A stretch of DNA of 64,000 bases from Asterias rubens (Eukaryota): positions 10,478,001 through 10,542,000 of the forward strand of contig NC_047068.1 in NCBI RefSeq assembly GCF_902459465.1. Direction: 5' to 3'. Shown piece by piece: positions 34,701 to 46,700 of the stretch. The notes below the pieces were generated by a model. The model saw only the letters and a list, made by a program, of their open reading frames with translations. It did not search any database and was not told the origin of the DNA. A program made the position numbers and the translations under genes. Every line of letters begins with the position of its first letter. Positions within the stretch are counted from its first letter, which is position 1.

Positions 34701-37700
34701 GAGCAAAGATGTAGTTTGCTCTGCAGAATGTTGCTGCTCATGAAGCTTACGTTGAGAATCCATCTTAGCAGCGTTAATGATTCAAATGAACAACCAAAAC
34801 TCATGAGAAAAGCAGTTAAAGCACAAAGAAAAGAGTCTCACTTCATAAACCTGTTAAGCAGTTAATGCTTGGCAGGGTACCAGTCGCGGCCACGTGCTAC
34901 ACAGTAGTTTCACTGGTTACCTGTTCATGCTAAGCAAGATTTTTTCTATGCTAAGCTATTTTTGGTACTTAAAACTTATTATGAAACTGAAGGGGGCCAA
35001 TATTATACAGCTGGTAGGCGCAACAAATGGTAGGTGCAGCTACTCTTCTCGGGAAAAAATGTGTTATAGTTGCTTTAGAAAAAAATTATTAATTTCTTCA
35101 GTAACATTTTCTGCTTAACAGCTTTCTGATAATTTGAGAGTTTTGGGGACACTAGGTGGCAGCAGACTAACCAGGTGTTTACCAAAGTTCTCGGAATTAT
35201 GCAAATTCTCAGAACTTTACATAAACAACAGAAATTTAACCGGCAAGCCTGCTGGCAGCAAACGCTCCCATTGTGACCAAAGAACAAGAGAGGTAAATTA
35301 ACACTCAGATGCAATCAAGAAAATTTGCGCAATATTTTGAATGGGGGGCGGGGGGACGGCCACGCTAGAAATGAGAATCATTGAACACTTTTACACAGAA
35401 CAAAACAAATTTGTTTAAAAACGTACTTTAGTTATTGGATTCATAATTTTTCAGGAGTACAATTTGTTTAATTATTTATTTTATTTTTCCGTTTTTTAGT
35501 TTTTTTAGTTTTTTTAATGATGGCATTTTGTTTATGCTGGCTGGATGCAACACTACAATTAATCATTTATAGTATAAAAAGGAACCATCCTTGGCCTTTG
35601 TTTGTACCCTGAATGCTTATTTGCCTAATTGCACGTTTATCCCGCCACAGCGTTAAGCTCAAGGGCAAGCTCAAAGACCATGGCAGTGTCACTGGCCTGT
35701 GACAGCATGATATCATGGGTGGTTGACGCCATAGAGGGAACAGGGGTGGGTTGTCCTTGAGTGGACTCCCTGTGCCTCATCACCTTCAAAGGCACTCAGC
35801 CTCAACCTTCAAATGTCTTTGAAGGTTGTGGGGCCGTCGTACTACCTTGCCCCAAATGCCATGTAAGAGTTTGTCATTAATAAACTATCAACCATCTGAA
35901 TGGTTGCTACATGTATCCCCTTCATTTGATTGGCAGCATACTGCGCCACAACACCTCATAAAGCGTTACAATGTGTGTATATGTAAAAGGAGTAGATCGC
36001 ATCATTCAAATGTAGTCCAGCATACATTTTGGGCAGTGATTTTGTTTTGGGGGGTAATTTTTATTTTTTTTTTTTTTATGGAGGGGGGGGGGAGGCAGAA
36101 ACTTTATCAGCCCTGCAACAAATACACAGCCCAGGAATGGGGTTAATTTATTCGGTCCTCTGCACACACAGTCCCCAAAATGGGCTGTCTCAGCTCTCAG
36201 GACACTGCAAGGCTTAAACCAATTTCCTTGTGCCAATTCTCACAGAATTCTTTGGCTTTCTAACTCTAAATGCCGATAGAGCTTACGCAATTTACAGAGC
36301 GCAGTAAGCGCATAATTCCATGCTTAGCAGAAACCATTAAATTGAGTCAACGTACCAGTATATAAAAGAGTTAATGTTATGCTGTTAAGTCACTGCAAAC
36401 AAATGAAATGTTACGTTAGGACACCATGTTAGAAATACAGGAGACAAAATTATCACAAGCAACATGACATGTTAATAATAATAACTAGTATGAAAAAAAT
36501 GCGAGTTTAAATTGAACTGATTTGAATAATGAATGTTCCGATGAAAAATTCGAAAATTACTACCCATGATTGGAAAAGATAAAAAGGACAACGGTAATGT
36601 TGAGTTGCAGGCTGCATAGGCACAACATGTTTTTAAATTAATAATAATAAATAGTATTGAAATAATAGTAATTAGTATGGAAATAAACGTGAGTTTGAAT
36701 TGAATTGAATATTGAATGTTATGATGACAGAATTCTGAAAATACTACCTATGATTGGAAAAGATAAAACTGACAACGGTAATGTCGAGTTGCAGGCTACA
36801 TGGGCACTACATGTATTTCATTTGGCAAACCTCTCATACATAAAATAAAAGCAGTTGTAGCCTACAACTGAAATTTGTTCCAAAGTCTATTCTTCCCTTG
36901 AAATTTCTTATGAATGACTTTTGTTGCATGACAAAGCAGATAATTTCTCAATCCCATGTCTACTGAAGCCTATTGAGACACGCTCAGCATTTTGGAATAA
37001 TATTATTTGTCTTGATGGAGACGTTTTCAGTTTTTTGTATTGATTTACGTCATTATTGAGTCATTATAAAAAAAGCATCAAATTTAGTCTTCAGTATAAT
37101 TACTGTAATTATCTATGGATGTTGTCCCTTGGCTCAAATTGTTGATGCAGTTTTCATAACTTTTAATTTCAATGGTTGTCATCATAGAGGTCAGAAATAA
37201 TCTTCAAATTAATTGTTTGTTTAATTATATATATTTCATTAGCTAAATTTGCCAAAAAAACGATGTCATTTTTATACCCGTAAACTATGTTAAACTATGT
37301 GTTTTAAGATTTGCAGGGCTCAAATTTGGGGTAAAAATCCACAAGTTTTGTAGCTCAATGTTTATTGGACCAGACTTTTTTTTCACAAACACAATTTCAA
37401 ACGAAAAAAAAAAACACTTCCAAACGGAGTCAAGTGTAAATTTCGAGCCCTTATATGGTTTGGGCCAACTTGGTAATGGAAATTTAAATATGCATGAGAC
37501 TTGCTGGTGTAAAACATGAGGTCCTTTTTGATGTTTTTCGAAAACTAGGGAATTCAATTGGAAGAAAAAAATCTCTCAAACCAATAGCATTTCTTTAAAT
37601 GTAGAGGAATGGAGTAAATGCATTTCCAAAAAAAAATAAATAATAAGAAACTAACAACCTTTTAAAAAGTATTTCCTGAAAACTAGAGGATTTGACAGAT

Positions 37701-40700
37701 TGCCCCCAAAGAACTGAGTATACGGTGCTAAAACACATCGGGTAAAAACCAAAATGAAAATTCATTGTCCCCGATGCAAATTTAACATCTATTACCCCAT
37801 ATCCTTAAGATACTACACAAAAAATAACAGCGTATTGTTTTCAATGTCAGGACTTTTCAATCTCTGAGTAATATTTATTGATTAACTGATTAAATGTGTC
37901 AATGAAACGAGGTAAGTTGCTTGTACAGCGACCGAGCACCCTTGCAGCTAGCTGATCATCCTTGCTCGTACAAAGCGCGTTCATTACCATTAATTCCTTC
38001 AATAATTGTATTGTCAATGGGTAAGAGACTGTCGCTAACGAGCTATTAGTAACAGTTGGTCAAACACAACAACATAAAATGCTTCACACTTGGCGTGATG
38101 GTATACCACACAAATAGTGATGTTTATATTTGTTTCATGTTGTATAAACCATTGATGTTAATGGCGCTTATAGACAACAACAAAACGCTTGAACTGCTCT
38201 AAATAATGATGAAGTAGGTTGCCGTTAACATTTTTGGAAGGTCGTTTTTCCAACAGTGGGATCATCTTGTATGATGAAACTTTTACAATTTTGTTTACTA
38301 TATACTCCAGGATTTGAGAGATGTTTCTATGAAAAAATATTGTATTTTTCCTCGTAGCATTTTTTTATTTCACCCTGTCAGTTTCCCTTACTAATATTTG
38401 TCAAAATTTGTTTGAGAAAAAAAAAAATATTAATCGTTATAATAAACTTTGTCAGCTTCAGTCACTCAAAGCGAACCCAGCACCAGGCGCCAATTTCATA
38501 AATCTGTTGAGTAGAAAATATTGCTTAGCAAAGGTACTTTGTGTTATGTAACGCATATAAAAGAACCCAGTGCACTTATCGAAAAGAGAAGGGGTTCGCC
38601 CCGGTGTTCCTGGTCCGATCGTCAGCAACTTGCGCCACAGCACATTGTAAAACATTACATTGCGCTATCAGAATTAGGTCTCATAATTCAAAACGTAGTC
38701 CCACATCTGGCAGGAAATACTGTATGTTACAGCGCCAGGAGCGTCACTGAGTGACGGACATGTGCGCTATATAAGAAGCCACAATTATTATTCTTGTTAT
38801 TATTACTTCAAGGCACCAGTTAAAATTAATAATGTCTAGGACTAGGCGGTTTTATCTGCATAACAGCTTTATGGAAACCCATACTGTACCTTGCACTCAT
38901 CTGTAATCTGAGCTGAGTCAGGTTCTTTTCTGTGATAATTTCTTGGTCAGTATTTTGCAGTCGATACCTAGCAATCTGTGGGAAACGGTGCAGAGTGCAG
39001 AAGAAGGTGGGGTACAAGACAAACATATAAAACACACGGTACAGTGCATAACAAACAATTGATTGCTAAAAAGGTCACTTAAAAATTGTGAGGGTGGTTA
39101 TGACACTGACAGAGAACGGCCGTCTTTCATGATTTTGTTTTTTAACTTTTAAATAGACATTAATTATTGATCAATATTTTCTATTTGGAGGATGAACGGT
39201 GAGTACATAATCATGAAAAATGGATGGAATCAAATATCAGAGTAAAAAAAACACTATTAAACGTTGTGTAATGATGAAAAGATGGAATTAAAAATTGCGT
39301 GGCTGCAAGTGAATACAGTAGTTGATTGTGAAGCGTTTTGCACATGCAGATACAGTTCGCAGTTAAACTGAAGTGGCTAATTTGGACTAAATATAAATGT
39401 GTTTCCTTGTGGTTGAGGCAAGACTGGTGTAGTCTGTGAAGCTTTGGAAGACAAAGTAATTCTATTGTTTTTATTGAACAGACATTATTGACTATGCCAA
39501 AGGGTTAGCTGCTCAATAATATATGGATTTATTTCCTTGAGAAATAACCGTAGATGAAGATTTTGTTTGTTTGTTTGTTTGTTTCAAGAGAATCAGCTAT
39601 AAAGCCTTGTATTGGTTCAGCTGACAAAATAAATAGTCTCAACAGTATTCATGTTTTGTGTGATCAACCATAATTTAAATGAAACCCCCCAAAAAACTGA
39701 AAATTGGGGATTAATCCATTGTGTAAGTCATAAAAAGTAAGTGAAAAACCATGCAAAGTTTTCAGCATGTGAAGATATTGTCCTTAACTTTGGTTGTAAC
39801 AACCGAATTCAACTAGTGTGCTTTTTGAGGGTTTCACTTTTCTTGAATTTGACTTCTTTTCTTTAGAAGGAAACATTTCAAAGAAAAAATGGTTTTGTGA
39901 GCAAGCTTTCAGGGGAAAAAAATAACCAATGATGTTTTTATGCTTGTCAGTCAGGTTTTATACGTTTAAAAATCGTGAACTAGTTTGAAAAACATTCCTC
40001 TTTGTGTTACTTCCACAGAGTTTGTAAAAAACCTAAATTTGCTAAGCATGAACAAATCTTGTTCAGCAGAAACATCTTGTTGCGTTTCTTGTTTACATAA
40101 AGCTGGTTTCCTCAAAAGCAGCTATATAAAGCTGAGGATGACCAAGATTTTTAAGATGTTATACGTCTTGTTTTGTGTTGGCACCTCAAATGATTCATTT
40201 CCCGGTAAGTGTGCCTTATTTATTATTTTCTAGCCATCCAAAAGGGAATGCAATTTCTGCCAAATCTGAGTCCCTTTTTGAAATGATGGCCTCAGCTTTG
40301 GATTTGACTTCAGGCTCCGTCCTCTCGTCTGAAGCCCTGAGCGCCTGCCTACGCACAGTACACGCAATTGTCAAAACAACCGCGGGGCCAATCTAGCCAA
40401 ACTACCTAGGTTTCGAAAAGGGCCTTAGACTCAGACATTGTTAAAACTAGTATGGATGATTTGTTAGTGTGGCAACCAAAATAACACAATATAATCAAAT
40501 AAAATGGCGGTGATTAAGTGTGTGATGTGAAAGGAGAAGGTGGGGATATTTATAGTGACGTCTGAATGACTCTCGCTTACCCTCTATTTAAGTCCGGCAT
40601 AAAGGTACAAATTAACAAAAGGTGCACAAACATCAATGAAAAGTCTGATTTTCAGAAAAACAATATGTCTCATGTCGAGTGTTTACAGTATGGGGGTTTG

Positions 40701-43700
40701 CTTGTTTTACATTCAGGCTTTGTGGTGCCATATAAATTACACAGCACCTCTGATAACAACGATCATGCAACAAAACCAACCGTTACATTCTGTCCTGTCC
40801 TTTTGTTTCTGTCATTTGTATCTTCCAAATTACACATTACCTCAAAAACAAACCAGATCATGTGAACTGCACCCATTATCATTCTGCTCTTTTGTCATTA
40901 TTTTGTCCAGTACCCAGTATGCAATAACAGTTAAACTTATTAATCTCATTACACGAAAAAGGGGTCCTGACTACTATCCAGGGTTCGATTTCACAAAGCA
41001 ATGAAATTCATCCCAAGACAAATTGTCAGTGTTACAATAGTGATTTGTATTGTGACATCACACTTTACTCAGCAACTACGATTGATTTCGCAGTTAAGAC
41101 CAATCTTAAGCTTTTTGTGAAATCAGCCCAAAGCCTCATTTTGGATTCATTGATTTTGAACAGCACAAAACAAAATGGCCGCATAATTTTTTATCATAGA
41201 AACAGGCCATGTCGGAATGAATGGCTTCAGCCAGTGTGGCAGGAGATCCTGTCTCCCATGAGATTCTGTCCTCCATACAGCAAGTTGTGTATAAATTTCA
41301 TCTGAAAGCGCCCTCATGTTAACTACCGTATCGGGGGGCACATGCACCAAGGGACAAAATCCCTTGACGCTGAAACACCAACAAGTTCTACTCGTCAACC
41401 CTGTGGTTGCAGCCAAACTGCTATAAAATTGAATTTGTTTCAATTGGATGCGGAAATGGGAGACTTTGGAACACTTGATGGCAGCAGACTTACCGGGTAA
41501 AAGTCCATTGTTTACGTAGTTCTGAGCACGCATCATAACCGAGTACAATGGATTTACCTGGTAAGTCTGCTGCCACCTAGTGTCTCAAAAGTCCCCCACT
41601 AACGAGAAAGAAAAACAAAAAGAAAGAAAGCGAGAGATTTCCTACCAGGGTGCGATTATCTTCCTCAAGTCGTTTGGTTCTCTCTTTGACATCGTGTGTA
41701 ATGCTGTTAGATTCCAAGTGATGTGTCTCTACTTTGCCTTTGATAGTTCGTACCTCGTCTACGAGGGTCGTCGTGGCCCTCTCTAGCTGCTCCCTTAACC
41801 TGTTGGCCTCGTCCAGGTCATTACGAAGCTCTGCTATTCTACAAGGGGGGGGGGAAACGTCACCAAAAGGTTATAACTTTGAGCAAGTTTGGGTGCACAA
41901 ATTTAGTCGACTACTGACCAGCAACATAAATGCGCAGTGACGCAGAAAAATGAAAAGCATTTACCCTTGCTTTTGGTAAATAGCTTTATGAAACAGAAAT
42001 TCTGCTAAGGGGACACCCCATAAGCACAAAATGGCTGCTTACATGAAATTGGGCCCAGAAAACTTAATAAAAATTAAGAAAAAAGGGGAGATATTTCTTC
42101 CACTAACTTGGACAATTGCTGATCACGTCTAGCAACGAGTTCTTGTTGACTTCCCAAGACTGCCTGCTCCACCTGCTTGGTGTGATTAACCAAAGCCCCA
42201 ACGGCTGTCCTCTCATCTGACACCCGCTCCTCGGCACGCTTGAGTCGCGCTCCCAACTGGCCAATCAGGTCGTTGCTGGCACGGATGTTTTCTGCGAGGG
42301 TCTGACGAGACTGACGCTCCCCCTGGATGGCTTCTTCGGTGCGATTGTGCGATTGTTTTAACTCGCCTGCAAGAATCAAAAGAATGTTTGTTTTTTATCT
42401 TAGAATCAAAATTCAATAGATGTTAAATTTGCATCGTGGATAAAGCATATTCATTTTGTTTAAACCCATACACACAGATGTGTGTCAGCACTGTATACTC
42501 AGTACTTTTTCGAGTTTGAATCCCTCCTGTGAAATATGCATGTGATTTTGTTCACAGAACTCAGGAAAGTATGCAGTGCTGACCAGCTTTGGTTTATATG
42601 AGTAAAACCAAAAATTAATTGAATCAAAATGTTCAGTCTTTCAACTCTGTTGACCCTGGTTCAAGTTCCAACCTCAAACTAAAAACTCATAATCTGGGTT
42701 TGGCTTTTCTGTCCCTGCTAGATGACGTTGTTTTTTTGTTTGAAGTTTTCCTCCCAGTTCTAAAACTATATTCCTCCATCTTCTTCCCAAACATGTATCT
42801 TTATGCAGCCTGCCTAAGTATTTATAAACCAACACTGGTAAATGCATACACGCTAACAATAATTTTTCGTCTCCCGAGACAAAATCGTGTTATTGTTTTT
42901 AATACTCATTTCAAAAAAACTACAACACCTCAGCAAGTAATATTTAAAGGGAAGCTTTCTACCATCATCATCTTCAAAAAGTTTGAGTTTAAAATGTAAA
43001 TCTGTGGACATTGTTTTTGTGTCTTACAAAAAATACAAGCTTGTAAACGCCTGCAACCGGGGACCTCATCCTCTTATTGTCCCTCTTTTGTTTATACTCT
43101 TTTGTTTGTAACTTTTTGGCAACAGCTCCCATTGGTTTTGTACACGTTTCCAACTGTGGACCTTTCTGGAACAGTGGACCGGCCCTATTGTCCACTTTTG
43201 ATTCAGGTCCTCGATTTGAATACCTACTCTTATTAATTTGGGGAGCTAATCATCCTTACTCGCAGCTAAGAGCTGAATCGCGAAGGACGCGGCTACAACG
43301 TGTTCGAGAAGCAAACATGCAAGGGCACCTTTGGCCTGGAAAACCATTGTGCACAACAGAGCACCAACGCACAACTCAACTCACATAGATGGCCCTGGCC
43401 GAGAATCGACCCCGGGTCACCTTGGTGAGGGGCAAGCGCTTTACGCACAAGCCAACCTTGCCACTTGTGTAAGGGGTAAAAACAAATTCTAAAGGACTCA
43501 CCCCTCAACCTGACGACTTCTTCAAGCAGAGCCCTGCTCGACTGCTCGGACATGTTGAGCCTGTCCTCTACCTGTCGAAGCCTATTCTCTGCATAGTCAC
43601 CAGCGTAGGCGGGGATCGCTGTGATGTTTGAGATCTGAGAACGCCTGCCCCCGATGGGTACAATCTGGTTGTACTCATTGGGCTGAGGCGTCTGGGATCC

Positions 43701-46700
43701 TTGGATGGCTGGAAGAGGCGCCTGCCCATATTTGTTGAAGGGACTGCATTTAGGGTAGAAATGAGCATTCCTTATAAATCTCGGAGGTAAGGATATTTTA
43801 ACTTTGCAAGGGTCGAAACATCAGATCATTCACTATTTTTTGCATTTATATCATAGGTCCTTCTAGTTTGCAACTGCTATTTCTATTTTCTCATTTTAAA
43901 GATTTATAATCCAGAGCTGCCAACATTTCCATCTTGCAATAAGCAGGGATTTGATAGGCTGTTGATGAGAACAAAAACTGAACTCTGACGGAAAGCGCGA
44001 AAGCATGTGAGCTCGGAAACTTGCGAGCATGAATGCCAATAGACCGTATTGAATATGACATAACCGCTCAAATAACTGCCCTACAACATGGCGTCTGTGC
44101 GCGTGTGCATACGTGTGTGCGTACATGTACCTTAGAAATCTTTGATGTACGCGTTTGGAAGTGCATACGGTTTGACCTACAAGGTGGCGACATTCATAGT
44201 TAAAAAGGATTATTCAATACGGTCTATATTGGTTTTAAAAGCCCTACTCTGCAATCTGGGGCGTTATTTATCATTTCTTTTAGAGTATGATTTAAAATAA
44301 AACAAAAAAAAACCTGAATTTCCTTTTATTGAGGCAAACAGCCGGAATTCCGTTCAAAATCCAAGAAATCACATCCCTGAATAAGGGAGACTGCAAAAAA
44401 AATAAAAAATCAGGAAGATATTTAGAGTTACATTCATCACAACCAGTCTGGTGCCCTGTTCTTTCGACTCAGCAAAAAACGCTAGAGAAGGTACAGAGGC
44501 GATTCACCCGTTTTTGTTTGGGTCTGCCGAGAAGGGTTTTAATTGATTCTGTAAATGAAATTGAATATTCTGACAGGTGTGTCTGACAGGTCTTTTAATC
44601 AACAGGGTTCATTTCCTTTCAATTACGTTTGTTATTAAATGTTTATATAACACGGACACTCTAACTCCCATGAATTGTAGACATATCGAATCTGTTAAAT
44701 TTGTCCATCATCGGGCTTGTTCCAATGCTGCCCATCATTCTCTTTTTCACAGATTCCCTAGATTATGGGACGAACTAGCGGCCTGCATTAAAGATACAAT
44801 TATCCATAGTTTATCCTCCTTCACAAATTCCCTCAGGAATCATTTATTAGTCCCTGACGAGGAGATCCCCTTGACCAAAACAGTTTAACTTTCTAGTTGC
44901 CTTGCCCATTCAAATACCTTGCTGCTGTTTTTTATTTCTCAAATTTATAGTGCCTTTTGCATAATTAACTAGAATCTCTCTTTTAACGATTTTGTAATTT
45001 TAATGCCCATTAGTGCTTTTTTAGTTTTAACTGCTTGTATAGTTCTATATTTTTATACTGTATGCCATGTTTTAATAATGTCCATCTGTAATGTCCCTTT
45101 TTGTCTCTTCGTAAATTGTGGCATCAGGAGATTAACTCAATAGTAATTTAGTTTACTTTTTTAAAATCCTTCAGGGGTGCTGCTTTTTTTGTTATTGTAT
45201 TGTATGTTCTTGTTTTTGTTTTCTTACTGTTCTTATTGTCTGTGCTTGAATTGTTGCCTGTGAAATTAATAAATGAAATGAAAATGAAATGAAATGAAAT
45301 GAAATGAAACAGTTTCCTTAATCAAGGAAATTTACGTTTATTCATCAGATTATGGAAAGATTAGTTTATTTACAGGCAGCTCTGCTTACCAACGGTAATA
45401 AAATAAGCTTCACAGGATGCTTACAAGTTTATCCTTACCACTTTTGATCTTAAAGTGGGCTTTGACCAAAGTGTGAACCATACATGTACCTTAACTTCTC
45501 AAAAATTTACAATGAAAGTACATAATTCAATTATTTTATTTTTAAGAAAACAAGTGTCATTTCTACTGCCTGGCATTGCAGGCCAAAGTACCGTGCAAAT
45601 AATTCGGAGTCAATAACTTGATGGAAACAAGAGGAAATGAATGGTTGAAATTTTAAAATGTTTCCTCTTTTTTTTCTTCTCACAAACTACTAATTCTACA
45701 TCAAAAATTTGTCCACATACATAATCACACATAAAACTTAAAGGGTGTTTTGTAGGACAAAAAACACAATGTCCACAGATTTACACTAAACTTGCACAGT
45801 TTGAAGATAATGATAGTAGAAAGCTTCCCTGAAAATATTACGTGCTGAGGTGCTGTAGTTTTGGGGAAATGAGTAAAACAATGTCATGAAAATTATTTTA
45901 AGCATACGTACAAACGTATTTTCATGACATTGTTTTACTCATTTCTCAAAAACTACAGCACCTCAGTAAGTAATATTTGAAGGGAAGCTTTCCACTATCA
46001 CTATCTTCAAACCCTGTAAGTTTAATGTAAATCTGTGGACATTTTGAAAAAGTACCCAAATCCTAATAACACTAACAAGAATAGCCATGCTAGAACAAAG
46101 GTTTTAATATTAGTTAATTATCAGCCAGTTCAGAGCTGGCTACAATTTGCCATTAGACGCAACAATCAATAGCAAGGCTGCTTGGCCTAGCTATTGGTCT
46201 GAAGCCTCGTAAGCATTCCCTGCAACATACTGCTCGGTTGCCAGTGGCAACTGTAAACAATAGATTTCACAGCCGGATGATAATTACAATGTGTTGAGAG
46301 TGTTATTGGTTTGTGATGGTGTCTGTGTACACTAATCCGGCCTGATGTATTTTAATTTACAATGCCAAAGTAATCAAGTACGAAACATGAAACATAAACA
46401 ATATTCTCCCGGAATCCGAAAATCTACAAAAATACTTTTTCACTATTGTTCCAGAAACAATGCTTCACTATACTGAGCCAGAACCTTGCCCATAACGGAC
46501 CATTTTTTGGAGCTCATTCAATGGTAAATTTAAATCCTCAAAATGAATTTCTACTCTGGTGTCAGCAGTAGCTGCTGAGTCCTACAATGTAAAAGGGTCT
46601 CATTAACAAAAAACTGAAAAACCTGTCATAAAAAATGGTTTGTCTGTGCGCAATCACCTCAATGTGTACAGATGGCTACATGCACAATTCAAGACTCCAA

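Noticed and set aside
40230-40350. Possible extra exon (LRASDERTEPEVKSKAEAII...)
   Set aside because: Similar to sequence at ~63745-63810, so a dispersed repeat; no suitable donor or phase fit
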